This document shows positions 39,535 to 48,170 of a stretch of DNA of 64,000 nucleotides, one piece after another. Source of the DNA: a virus. The stretch is taken from the IMG/VR virus record IMGVR_UViG_3300020446_001892, positions 1 to 64,000 of that record. One strand, given 5' to 3'. The number at the start of each line of letters is the position of its first letter. Position 1 is the stretch's first letter. Under the pieces are notes generated by a model. That model searched no databases, was not told the DNA's origin, and saw nothing but the letters and a program-made list of their open reading frames with translations. The translations under genes were made by a program, and so were the position numbers.

Positions 39535-40084
39535 GCGAAACATTTTCAAATAACCAATTTTTTGGACATGTCCAATCTATTTTATTATATATTTTAAAGT
39601 TAGTATTAGGATAATGTTTAAAAACCATTTCTATTTGATGCACCCAATATCGTGGGTCAACTGCATTTTTTGTACCAGCATCATAACCTAACGTATCTTT
39701 ATAGATATTATTTACATTATTTGTGTTTGAATAAAGATCAAATCCAATCATCTTTATATCTTGTGACATTTGAGCACCTAATAACACTGCATAAGGACCG
39801 CTCCCCCATTGAAAAGGTTCGTCCCAACGTTCATTGCCTTCATATGGCAAATTAGGCACTGTAGCAACATTTTTAAATTGATTTACCCAATCATGACGTG
39901 TATAAATTTTTCCTTTAAATTGTGCAGACTGGGCTTGTTGCACCATGCGTCTATCTACGCATATAAGATGGTCAACATAAAAGTCTCTTTGAATAGCATT
40001 GCAACCTATTTTTATGCTGTCTATATTGTTTATATCTAAGCCGGATCTACTTTCACCGTTTCCAATTATCAGAGTCATTTTCAA
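39512..40084 (-). CDS. Hypothetical protein, possible sugar-transferase/Rossmann-like fold
   Basis: IIGNGESR, GCNA, MIGFD motifs. Confidence 0.55.
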   Translation of the reverse strand: MKMTLIIGNGESRSGLDINNIDSIKIGCNAIQRDFYVDHLICVDRRMVQQAQSAQFKGKIYTRHDWVNQFKNVATVPNLPYEGNERWDEPFQWGSGPYAVLLGAQMSQDIKMIGFDLYSNTNNVNNIYKDTLGYDAGTKNAVDPRYWVHQIEMVFKHYPNTNFKIYNKIDWTCPKNWLFENVSLDNIENI

Positions 40085-40361
40085 ACATCTTCTTTGTTTC
40101 TTTTATTTCTTTCAATACTTCTGCAAAGGTTAGTTCGTTTGCTTTTTGATAAGCAAAAATAATTTTTATTTTATCTACGCACCACCACCACCAAAATACA
40201 CTAACACTTAAAAAAACTAATATTATTGTACAAATGACATTACGCCTATAATCTTCGAAGCCTATTAAGTCTGTCGTCATAAGAATAAAAACAGCCAAAA
40301 ACGGTAATGTCCAGGCTGCATATTTCCAATATTTAACTTGCCTTTGTATTTTTTTCCACAT
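40053..40361 (-). CDS. Two-TM membrane protein
   Basis: Start at 40361 with GGAGG SD; two hydrophobic helices. Confidence 0.65.
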   Translation of the reverse strand: MWKKIQRQVKYWKYAAWTLPFLAVFILMTTDLIGFEDYRRNVICTIILVFLSVSVFWWWWCVDKIKIIFAYQKANELTFAEVLKEIKETKKMFENDSDNWKR

Positions 40362-40416
40362 ATTATTGCCTCCTTGCCTTTTAGCAAGAGTATTTAATCT
40401 TTTTTTCATTGTTATT

Positions 40417-41526
40417 TTATGATGCTATTTGACCAAAAGGTTTCCAGTCTCCAGGTGAACCTTCTCTTATACATATCCATCCTACATAGCCTGTAGGTTT
40501 AGGATCGTTATTCCATACTATATCACCTAATCTAAAACTTCCTTCAACTGGTGATCCTTTACCAACTTGCATTTTTTTACCTTGGACTTTTAAAGGCCCT
40601 GCAATAGTTAGATCTGCGTCTTCACTAAAATTAGTAACATTAATACCCATTTTTCCTTGCACACTTACTTTATTATTAAGAGTAATTGCACCTGTATCTT
40701 CTATGTGTATTCTACATTTATTATCAGTAATAATTTTTAGTTCACTTGTCGTCCACGTTCCTAAACTAAAAGTGCCAACATCGTTATGATCTACAACAAA
40801 TTCATGTTCAAGAGACCCTACACTTAATGCACCATTTGGTGATTCATGACCTATTCCTAAACGCATTGTTTCATCGTCATAGAATACAAAATTATCTAAT
40901 GTTAGTTTACCATCTATGGACAAATTATGTAATGTGCCTACTGATGTTAAATTACTAGATGTAATATTTGCACCTAATGACTGTTCGCTAATAACAGGGG
41001 TGTTTCCTATTCTAAAATCTTTACCTCTAGGTAAATCTATGCTTTGACTACTAAAAAGTCTATCTTGTTGCATAGTAAGCTGTCTGGTGTTTCCTTCGCC
41101 AGACCAAATTAAGCCTTTGTTACTTACAGAATTATTTTCAGCTTTGAATTCTAAATTACTTGTAGTTTCGTTTCTTACGTCTGCTACAACTTCATCAACA
41201 TTTATCTTTTTTGCATTTATAACTCCGTCAACATTTAAATGTCCGTCGATATTAAGTTCATTTGGAATTTTTTTGATATGAGCAATGTCTACTGAAATAC
41301 CTTTATCTGTAACTTTTAATATATAGTCAGAAGCAGTATCTTTTATACCAGCACTACTAAACTGTGCAATTCTGCCGCCTTGTAATTTATTTCCAGATAT
41401 ACTTCTATCTAATACACTAGATAAATCAGGTGCTTGTGGATTTTGTTTAGCAATGGCTTCTACTGCTTGTGATACAGCTTCAAATCCATTACGCATTTCG
41501 TTTAATTTTTGATTCATATTGCTCAT
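40417..41526 (-). CDS. Virion structural/fibre-like protein
   Basis: SNLTSVGTL fibre motif; C-terminal GDIVWN..P..YVGWIC...W.PFG; TAAATA 5 nt before ATG 41526. Confidence 0.7.
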   Translation of the reverse strand: MSNMNQKLNEMRNGFEAVSQAVEAIAKQNPQAPDLSSVLDRSISGNKLQGGRIAQFSSAGIKDTASDYILKVTDKGISVDIAHIKKIPNELNIDGHLNVDGVINAKKINVDEVVADVRNETTSNLEFKAENNSVSNKGLIWSGEGNTRQLTMQQDRLFSSQSIDLPRGKDFRIGNTPVISEQSLGANITSSNLTSVGTLHNLSIDGKLTLDNFVFYDDETMRLGIGHESPNGALSVGSLEHEFVVDHNDVGTFSLGTWTTSELKIITDNKCRIHIEDTGAITLNNKVSVQGKMGINVTNFSEDADLTIAGPLKVQGKKMQVGKGSPVEGSFRLGDIVWNNDPKPTGYVGWICIREGSPGDWKPFGQIAS

Positions 41527-41537
41527 GTAAGTATTTA

Positions 41538-42830
41538 TCAAGAAACCTTGAGTATAACAGTTTCAGGGTTACATCTACCATTTAGTTTAGTATCGGTTGT
41601 TTTTATATCATCTAAAAATTTACGCAATTTTACTTTGCCTGAATCCTTAAACTCCTTAAGCTGTTCGACTGGTTTACGTAGAGTTTTCTGTATACTTAAT
41701 GATTCGTCATAACCTTGTATTGTTGTGCCTTTTACACTCAATCCAGTGCCATCACGTTGCATGCCTTTAGGGTCAATATTGCTTGCAATATATTTGCCCA
41801 ACTTACGTGTTTTTATGTTGAACACCCAAAGCTCATTTGCTCCTATTATCTGTGCAGGATCAATACTTGCTAATTTAAATTTTTCGTCAACTTTACAAAA
41901 TTTTAATTTTGCAACAAGTTTATCTGCACTATACACTTTTGGCTTTCGCGGTTTACGTGTAGCTTTTGCACTATCAATTACAAAATCAAGTGCCGCAATA
42001 AGTTCACCTATTGCAATACGATAATTTTTTATATCAGCTTTTTTAATATGCGAATAACCTTCTTTCAATTGTGCCCAAAGATCTTGATCTAATTCACTCA
42101 TTTTTTTAAGTTGACCTGCTGTAGGGAATCTTTCAAGCTGGTCAAAATCTACAAGAGCATCTACATAAAATGTTTTTAATTTACGTGCATGTGCTTGCGT
42201 TACATTCTTTTCCCTAAAGTGTGTTTTGAAATCAAACCCTTTAGGGTCGAACGACTTTGGGTCAACTAACCAACCTTCAAGCCAATCTTCTATTGCCTCG
42301 CTTTGTATATATGCTTGATCTCGGATACGTTCTTGTATACTAGGAATGTATACGTTTGCTTTCTGCTTTTCTTCTTCCTTTTTGGTTTTTATAGCCTTTG
42401 ATCCTGCGCCTATAGCCCGTTCGATGCGTTCTTTCAAAAATTTAGAAGCAGGAGCAACTTTTCCGGTAGTACCAGGTAATGTATCCCAGTATTCGTCTTC
42501 TTTAGGATTGTAATCAGGCATGCCATCTAGTAGTTGTTTTGCAGTGATTGCCGCTGTGATACTAAGTTCATATGATGGAGCGGCTTTAGCATACTTTATA
42601 TCTTCTTTTGTATATCCGTTAGATTCCATCCATTTAAAAGTATGAGGAAATAAATCAGCTGGTTTGTAGTTTTGATAGTAAAACTCTCTACTTGCACCTT
42701 TGAATCTATGAAACTTTTGGCCGTCCCATTCTTCCCAACCTTCCCATTTAGGTGCTGAAAGTTTATCACCTCTTCTAGTACGAGGTGCCGCACGGACCGT
42801 TCTCTTTTTAGTTCTTTTCGGCAATGGCAT
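41538..42830 (-). CDS. Hypothetical phage protein (basic)
   Basis: 430-aa ORF with GGAG SD and its own promoter. Confidence 0.75.
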   Translation of the reverse strand: MPLPKRTKKRTVRAAPRTRRGDKLSAPKWEGWEEWDGQKFHRFKGASREFYYQNYKPADLFPHTFKWMESNGYTKEDIKYAKAAPSYELSITAAITAKQLLDGMPDYNPKEDEYWDTLPGTTGKVAPASKFLKERIERAIGAGSKAIKTKKEEEKQKANVYIPSIQERIRDQAYIQSEAIEDWLEGWLVDPKSFDPKGFDFKTHFREKNVTQAHARKLKTFYVDALVDFDQLERFPTAGQLKKMSELDQDLWAQLKEGYSHIKKADIKNYRIAIGELIAALDFVIDSAKATRKPRKPKVYSADKLVAKLKFCKVDEKFKLASIDPAQIIGANELWVFNIKTRKLGKYIASNIDPKGMQRDGTGLSVKGTTIQGYDESLSIQKTLRKPVEQLKEFKDSGKVKLRKFLDDIKTTDTKLNGRCNPETVILKVS

Positions 42831-42856
42831 GAAAAATCTCCTTAACTGTTTATAGC

Positions 42857-42885
42857 AGTATATAGCAAAGGTTGTATTATGTCAA
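42857..42885 (-). promoter_or_regulatory. Sigma70-type promoter
   Basis: TTGACA-17-TATACT. Confidence 0.7.
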
Positions 42886-42895
42886 GAGAAAATGA

Positions 42896-43873
42896 TTATC
42901 TAAAACGATTCCTTACCATATCTACAAAAATTTTAACATTAGTAGGCGGTGTTTCTTTTAGTATGCCATGGCCTAAACCACAGACCCAGCCAGTAGTATC
43001 ATTAATTGTATCAAGCCATTTATTAATTTCGTATCTTAAAATTGTTTCTGAATTTTGTAGTAACAAAGTTTCATCAAAGTTTCCCTGCACAAAACCTGAA
43101 GTCACTTTTTGTAATGTCTTGTTGAGATCGATAGTGCTATCTATTCCTATTCCAGTGAATCCTATATCAATTAATTTGTTTAAACTATTGTATGGCAGAT
43201 TTTTTGAATAATATACAGTGTGTTCAACTTGTGCTAATTCTTTTAGAATCTTCAAATATTCTTTATCGAATACTCCTTTAGGCATATTGTGTAATCCACT
43301 GTCAAAAATCATCACACAATCTGCACCAGCATCTGTCTGTTGTCTAATACTTGCTTTTAATAACGGAAGCAAATTATCATTAATAAATTTTATTTTAAAA
43401 TTATTAGTTACTTTACTTTTTCCACAGGCATAATTCATAAGTGTCCAAGGCCCGCCTACAAACCCAACAAGATTTTTCTTATATGGTAATTTTTCTCTTG
43501 TAGTTTTTATTGCCCTTGCCTGAAAATCTAAGTGTTTCATCTTACTTTGTCTATATTGATGATTTTTATAATTTTCCTCGGTAAGGTCAAATTCAAACTT
43601 TGGGCTAGGATTAAATTGTAAAGGTATTCCTAGAGCTTCTATATGGAATAATATATCGCTGAATAAAATTGCCACATCAAAATCATATTCATTTATAGGT
43701 AGCATAGCTACATCTGATGCAACTTGTGGCAGTTTACACATCTGCACAAAAGAAAATTTTTCTTTAAAAGCTCTATATGATGCTTGATATCTTCCTGCTT
43801 GTCTCATCATCCAAATTGGAGGACAAGATTGTTCTACCCTGTTACGGGCATTGTCGAATAATGTTTCGGTCAT
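42896..43873 (-). CDS. hemE: Uroporphyrinogen decarboxylase
   Basis: PPIWMMRQAGRY, ILFSDIL, GFVGGPWTL..Y, IFDS, QGN, LGHGI. Confidence 0.92.
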   Translation of the reverse strand: MTETLFDNARNRVEQSCPPIWMMRQAGRYQASYRAFKEKFSFVQMCKLPQVASDVAMLPINEYDFDVAILFSDILFHIEALGIPLQFNPSPKFEFDLTEENYKNHQYRQSKMKHLDFQARAIKTTREKLPYKKNLVGFVGGPWTLMNYACGKSKVTNNFKIKFINDNLLPLLKASIRQQTDAGADCVMIFDSGLHNMPKGVFDKEYLKILKELAQVEHTVYYSKNLPYNSLNKLIDIGFTGIGIDSTIDLNKTLQKVTSGFVQGNFDETLLLQNSETILRYEINKWLDTINDTTGWVCGLGHGILKETPPTNVKIFVDMVRNRFR

Positions 43874-43914
43874 CACTTATTTAATGACAGGATAAAAATT
43901 ATTATATTGAGCTT

Positions 43915-44103
43915 TTATTTTTTGACACATTCTATATTGTCAATGTTGCTCTTTTTAAATTTGCCTTCAATATAGATATTAGGTGGGTTGCCATCTATAA
44001 ATTTTTGTTTTGCAATACTGCAACTAAAATAAGTACCCATTTTAATTTCCATGTCTATTTCTGGAACCCCAGAAATTGAAAGTACAAACACCAACCAATA
44101 CAT
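43915..44103 (-). CDS. Small hypothetical protein
   Basis: 62-aa ORF with hydrophobic N-terminus and GGAG SD. Confidence 0.55.
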   Translation of the reverse strand: MYWLVFVLSISGVPEIDMEIKMGTYFSCSIAKQKFIDGNPPNIYIEGKFKKSNIDNIECVKK

Positions 44104-44303
44104 TAAAAATCTCCGTCCATACCATTGATTGTATAAGTTTTACCTTTATATCCCGCATCCATTTTTTCTTTATCGGACATTTCTTCTGCATCTTTACGTG
44201 TACGAGGGTTAAATTTTTTCTCCTGCTTCAAATCCTCTGAAGCATTTGAATCTTGGGAACCTGAGACTATACGTTTCAGAATCTTGCGACCTAGTCCTAG
44301 CAT
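44103..44303 (-). CDS. Small hypothetical protein (start uncertain)
   Basis: Fills the gap after the ligase and is TAATG-coupled downstream; 5' part overlaps the ligase. Confidence 0.35.
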   Translation of the reverse strand: MLGLGRKILKRIVSGSQDSNASEDLKQEKKFNPRTRKDAEEMSDKEKMDAGYKGKTYTINGMDGDF

Positions 44304-45552
44304 CAGCTCTAATCTCTACTAAAGAACCAATGAGGTTATCACGGTTAGCCCAGAACTGATCACGCTGACTGTCAGTGAAACCACTTCCACAGTTAAGGTG
44401 ATAATTGTATCCATCGTCTTCTCCTTCTACTATTACGGCACCTAGTCTTCCTTCGTTACGTCCTGTGCCTTCTTCAACTGCAATCACATTAAGTGATACT
44501 TCAATAAATGGCTTTGCTTTAAGCCAACTATGTGTTCTTTTGCATTCGTATGGTGCGTTAGGATCTTTGATCATAACCCCTTCATAACCACCGTCTACAG
44601 CCGCTTTATTAAGCTCTACAAAGCGGTCTTGTCCTTGTTGGGTATCTAAGTCCACATCTTCCCAATCAAGTGTTTGTACGTGTTTTAAGACGTCTGTATT
44701 TTCATTTACCCAAGCCTTAACTGCTTGGCTTCTAAAAGACTGAGGTTTATCCCACAAACCTTTTTTGAATTCAGATAGTGGGCACATGTCAAACAAATGT
44801 AAAACTGCATCCTCTGATTGTTTACCATCTTTACGATGTACCTGTTTCATAAGGTCTTGAAAGTTTGCACTCATAACTTCACCATCTAACACTAGATCAT
44901 ATGGTGGTTGTTTGTCTTTAACTACTGTTTCTATTTCTGATATAATATGACCAAAGTTATGAAACTGTTTGCCGTTTCTACTAAACATTTCTACTTTACA
45001 TGCTTGCTGATGGCTTGTATCACCTCTAATAATCGTAATCACTCTTACACCATCTAGCTTAACTTCAACTTGCTTTTTTCCAACCATTTTCTTTTCATGA
45101 TTAGCACTATCATGTGCAAGAGGACAAGTAAAAATTGGAATACTATATTGAGGGAATTCTTTTGCAATCTTGTTTACAGTTTTTTCTGATACTCCACAAC
45201 GTAAATCCTTAATTAAGATACGTCTGTAGAAAGTATTCCATTGTTCTGTAGTAGCTACACCCATTGCAAGTTCTATTGCATCACGTGCCGCATGTCCTGT
45301 AAGTTCTCTGTTAATAAGTTGTTCTGCAAGTGTTTTAAAATTTGTCCACGATAATCCTTGACCAGTAAGTACATCATTTCTTTCTGGTACTTGTTTTACA
45401 CCGAAAGTTACAAGTGGATCAAGTGCCATTTTGACACCTTCAAAAAATTCATCTAGCCCTTGTTGCATTGCTACTTTTAGTATTGCTTCTTTAGCTAGTC
45501 TTGAATTATTCTCTTCTAATTGATCAATTATTTCTTGTGGTTGTGTTCTCAT
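44209..45552 (-). CDS. ATP-dependent DNA ligase
   Basis: EVKLDGVR (KxDG), LDGE, EGVMIK, WLKAK, CGSG, LRFPRF. Confidence 0.95.
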   Translation of the reverse strand: MRTQPQEIIDQLEENNSRLAKEAILKVAMQQGLDEFFEGVKMALDPLVTFGVKQVPERNDVLTGQGLSWTNFKTLAEQLINRELTGHAARDAIELAMGVATTEQWNTFYRRILIKDLRCGVSEKTVNKIAKEFPQYSIPIFTCPLAHDSANHEKKMVGKKQVEVKLDGVRVITIIRGDTSHQQACKVEMFSRNGKQFHNFGHIISEIETVVKDKQPPYDLVLDGEVMSANFQDLMKQVHRKDGKQSEDAVLHLFDMCPLSEFKKGLWDKPQSFRSQAVKAWVNENTDVLKHVQTLDWEDVDLDTQQGQDRFVELNKAAVDGGYEGVMIKDPNAPYECKRTHSWLKAKPFIEVSLNVIAVEEGTGRNEGRLGAVIVEGEDDGYNYHLNCGSGFTDSQRDQFWANRDNLIGSLVEIRADARTRSQDSETYSLRFPRFKCFRGFEAGEKI

Positions 45553-45580
45553 TGGTGCCTCTCTAATTAATTATGTCTAT

Positions 45581-45609
45581 ATAATAGCACCAACAAATGC
45601 ATTTGTCAA
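45581..45609 (-). promoter_or_regulatory. Sigma70-type promoter for the ligase
   Basis: TTGACA-17-TATTAT. Confidence 0.7.
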
Positions 45610-45616
45610 CCTAAAT

Positions 45617-45690
45617 TGGACACCTAGGCCGGACTCGAACCGGCATACACGGAGTTGCAGTCCGTTGCATAACCATTCTGCCACTAGGTG
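45617..45690 (-). tRNA. tRNA-Cys(GCA)
   Basis: Acceptor CACCTAG/CTAGGTG, U73, encoded CCA, anticodon arm ACGGA-CT-GCA-AC-TCCGT, GTTCGAGTCC. Confidence 0.95.
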
Positions 45691-45691
45691 T

Positions 45692-45766
45692 TGGCATAGG
45701 TGGAAGGAATCGAACCCTCTCTTTCAGGTTTGGAATCTGACGTGCAACCATTGACACTTCACCTAC
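45692..45766 (-). tRNA. tRNA-Trp(CCA)
   Basis: Acceptor GTAGGTG/CACCTAT, G73, encoded CCA, anticodon loop TT-CCA-AA, GTTCGATTCC. Confidence 0.95.
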
Positions 45767-45802
45767 AAAAAAAGCCCCTAAACAATTTCTTGCTAGGGGC
45801 TT
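45767..45802 (-). terminator. Intrinsic terminator abutting the 5' end of tRNA-Trp (putative attenuator 3:4 hairpin)
   Basis: AAGCCCCTAGCAA-GAAA-TTGTTTAGGGGC followed by T7. Confidence 0.85.
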
Positions 45803-45828
45803 CTAAATAACTTTTTTAAAAAGTCACG

Positions 45829-45888
45829 TCAAGACATACCCCTGGGCGTAGGAGAACACCAAAATTGTAATGTATTAGTCTTGATCAT
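45829..45888 (-). CDS. Putative attenuator leader peptide MIKTNTLQFWCSPTPRGMS
   Basis: AAGGA SD 8 nt upstream; adjacent TGG-TGT codons match the two downstream tRNAs. Confidence 0.75.
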   Translation of the reverse strand: MIKTNTLQFWCSPTPRGMS

Positions 45889-45911
45889 GTATCTATTCCT
45901 TCTTTATTATC

Positions 45912-45945
45912 TATTTATAATAGCACCTTCAATTGACTTTGTCAA
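45912..45945 (-). promoter_or_regulatory. Overlapping sigma70-type and late-type promoter for the leader/tRNA unit
   Basis: TTGACA(45945-45940)-17-TATTAT(45922-45917), overlapping TATAAATA (45919-45912). Confidence 0.75.
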
Positions 45946-46102
45946 CATCTTTTTTATCAATATTTCCTTTATGTCCACAATGTGGACAAAAGAACGTAAA
46001 TCTTTCTATGCATAACTTGTCTTCCATAGTTGCATATGTAAACCAATTATTGCATTTATTGCAGGTCAAATGCCAAATTATTTCTTTGACTGCATTGAAC
46101 AT
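45929..46102 (-). CDS. Zn-ribbon small protein
   Basis: CNKC...CPHC; start revised to 46102 (TATAAATA 4 nt upstream) to avoid tRNA-Gly. Confidence 0.7.
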   Translation of the reverse strand: MFNAVKEIIWHLTCNKCNNWFTYATMEDKLCIERFTFFCPHCGHKGNIDKKDVDKVN

Positions 46103-46117
46103 AAAGTATTTATAAAC

Positions 46118-46191
46118 TGGAGCGGTATACCGGATTCGAACCGGTGACAAGAGCTTGGAAGGCTCGCATGTTACCACTACACCAATACCGC
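46118..46191 (-). tRNA. tRNA-Gly(TCC)
   Basis: Acceptor GCGGTAT/ATACCGC, U73, CCA, anticodon arm GAGC-CT-TCC-AA-GCTC. Confidence 0.95.
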
Positions 46192-46200
46192 AGTTTATAT

Positions 46201-46572
46201 CTATTCGTGTTCGCCACCTGGATCATTAGGATCTAATTTTACTTTTTTTCCATTGATCCACATGTTCTGTCTTGTGCGGCTTTGTGTGTGATATCCGTCT
46301 TTTAAAAAGAAAGTAGGTTTTTTATTTGCAACTTCAAACGTACCTACGGTAACTGCAATAGCACCTAATAGCATGACGTGAGCTATAGCACTTACCCCAA
46401 ACACAAAAAAACTACCTACGTAAAAACTGAATACAATACACCACATCCAAGCTAGTACTTGTAAAACCATGTGTCTTGCATGTAGGTCTGGAATGTGTCG
46501 TAACGGATTTTTTTCTGCATTCATTACAGAATTCCAACTGTCATATACAAATTCTCTCATTTTATTCTCCAA
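46201..46572 (-). CDS. Membrane protein
   Basis: Two hydrophobic helices; start may be 46560. Confidence 0.7.
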   Translation of the reverse strand: MENKMREFVYDSWNSVMNAEKNPLRHIPDLHARHMVLQVLAWMWCIVFSFYVGSFFVFGVSAIAHVMLLGAIAVTVGTFEVANKKPTFFLKDGYHTQSRTRQNMWINGKKVKLDPNDPGGEHE

Positions 46573-46582
46573 AAAGTTTCAA

Positions 46583-46658
46583 TGGTGCTGGCACACGGAC
46601 TCGAACCGCGGACCTACTGATTACAAATCAGTTGCTCTACCAACTGAGCTATGCCAGC
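46583..46658 (-). tRNA. tRNA-Thr(TGT)
   Basis: GCTGGCA/TGCCAGC acceptor, TAGCTCAGTTGGTAGAGC D arm, anticodon TT-TGT-AA, CCA. Confidence 0.96.
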
Positions 46659-46678
46659 TTTCTATACTTATCCTAAGA

Positions 46679-47119
46679 TTATTTTTTAAATCTTAAAGTA
46701 TATTGCTTACCGTCACTATAAAAAGTGACTGTTGAATGACTATAAACTTCTTCAGATACTTCGTTATATCTTGTGAAATCTTGACACTTTCTTTCTTGTC
46801 TGTAGCCAATAATAGTTTGCTTATTTTTTTTCTTATCAGCGGCAATCATTCCACCAATAACTGCACCAGCGGCTGCTCCGTTGTCTTTTTTCGTAACACC
46901 TTTGCCAATTAGTCCGCCAATGATCATTCCGCCAAGCACATCTCCTGCACTTGCGCCACCCCCTGTATCGCCATAAATTGGAACATCTACCCAATTACAA
47001 ACTTGTTCACTATAAGGGATTCTTTTGATTACCTGTTTATAATGATCTTGTACAGTTTCCGCTATGGCAGGAGAACATCCTGCTAAACTTATTAAACATG
47101 CAACTAGAAATTTTTTCAC
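46679..47119 (-). CDS. Glycine-zipper exported/lipoprotein
   Basis: Signal peptide with LAGC; GxxxG repeats (LGGMIIGGLIG, AAAGAVIGG). Confidence 0.8.
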   Translation of the reverse strand: MKKFLVACLISLAGCSPAIAETVQDHYKQVIKRIPYSEQVCNWVDVPIYGDTGGGASAGDVLGGMIIGGLIGKGVTKKDNGAAAGAVIGGMIAADKKKNKQTIIGYRQERKCQDFTRYNEVSEEVYSHSTVTFYSDGKQYTLRFKK

Positions 47120-47425
47120 CTATTCCTCCTTTAAAATTTTAATTGCTTTGAGTCTATCATATCTAAAACTTCTAAATCCTTTAGACTCGATTGCCCATAC
47201 CGCAACTACATTATCATGCTTTTGTGTACTTTCTTTCTTAGGATCTGGAAAATACTTTGCCTGTAGTGTGCAAGGCATCACTCTTTCATCACCATCTAAT
47301 TTAGTAAAGGTGACTTCTACTACTTCATTATGAAGTAATTCAATTAGTTCATCTCGTGTTGGTAGCCCTTTTTCTTCTGCTACAAATTTTTCAATTGGTC
47401 CTGTTACCATAAACGCACTCCTCAT
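47120..47425 (-). CDS. WYL-like/SH3-fold phage protein
   Basis: VTFTKLDGDERVMPCTL...GFRSFR pattern typical of T4-like phages. Confidence 0.7.
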   Translation of the reverse strand: MRSAFMVTGPIEKFVAEEKGLPTRDELIELLHNEVVEVTFTKLDGDERVMPCTLQAKYFPDPKKESTQKHDNVVAVWAIESKGFRSFRYDRLKAIKILKEE

Positions 47426-47583
47426 AATTCTTCTAATATTCCTAAGCCTTCTGCGGCAATCAAAAAGAAGCCAGCTAAGACAATGTTACCCATTACAAGC
47501 ATTACGCCTGCAATAATCCTTACAGCACTTTTTACAAGACTTATATAAAAATGCTTTTTTGAAACGTCAACTGGTTCAGCCAT
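47422..47583 (-). CDS. 53-aa membrane protein (missing from ORF track)
   Basis: [53 protein letters not shown]; coupled on both sides. Confidence 0.7.
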   Translation of the reverse strand: MAEPVDVSKKHFYISLVKSAVRIIAGVMLVMGNIVLAGFFLIAAEGLGILEEL

Positions 47584-48170
47584 TATCTTTTCTCCACAAC
47601 TTTATCAGCTAACCCATAATCCACTGCTTCTTGTGCAGACATAAATGTGTCACGATCCATATCTCGTTCAAGCTCTTCATATGTCTTGCCTGCCGTATTG
47701 TGTTTTACATAAAGCTCAGTCAGCATAGTTTTCATTTTTGTTATTTCTTTATATTGAATCTCAATATCGCTTTGTTTACCTCCTGCACCACCACTTGGTT
47801 GGTGAATCATTGTTCTACTGTACGGAAGTACTACACGTTTTCCTTTCGTTCCTGCTTGAGCTAAGAAACTACCCATCGAACATGCCTGTCCAAGCACAAT
47901 CGTTCTTACATCTGGTTTAATATATTGCATAGTATCATATATAGCCATTCCAGCAGTTATAATTCCACCAGGTGAATTAATATACAAATTTATATCCTTT
48001 TCAGGATTTTCGCTTTCAAGGAAAAGCATTTGTGCAACAATTAAGTTTGCAGTAACGTCTTCAACAGGACCGTTCAACATAACAATTCTATCCTTAAGCA
48101 AACGGCTATAGATGTCATAGCTACGTTCTCCTCTAGATTCTTGTTCAACAACCATAGGCACTAAAGGCAT
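47583..48170 (-). CDS. clpP: ATP-dependent Clp protease proteolytic subunit
   Basis: [20 protein letters not shown] (Ser), MIHQP (His), RD (Asp). Confidence 0.96.
   Translation of the reverse strand: MPLVPMVVEQESRGERSYDIYSRLLKDRIVMLNGPVEDVTANLIVAQMLFLESENPEKDINLYINSPGGIITAGMAIYDTMQYIKPDVRTIVLGQACSMGSFLAQAGTKGKRVVLPYSRTMIHQPSGGAGGKQSDIEIQYKEITKMKTMLTELYVKHNTAGKTYEELERDMDRDTFMSAQEAVDYGLADKVVEKR

Noticed and set aside
45692-45766. Possible suppressor tRNA or alternative genetic code
   Set aside because: Anticodon is CCA (standard Trp); conserved genes are full-length under code 11 and all three stop codons are used
45767-45802. Hairpin as an ordinary terminator for the upstream Zn-ribbon gene
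   Set aside because: A strong promoter and an SD-led short ORF lie between that gene and the hairpin, and there is no room for a separate tRNA promoter after it; attenuation fits better, though it is unproven
46103-46696. ORF extension 46103-46177 and plus-strand ORFs 46469-46696 and 46476-46676
   Set aside because: They overlap clear tRNA-Gly and tRNA-Thr genes
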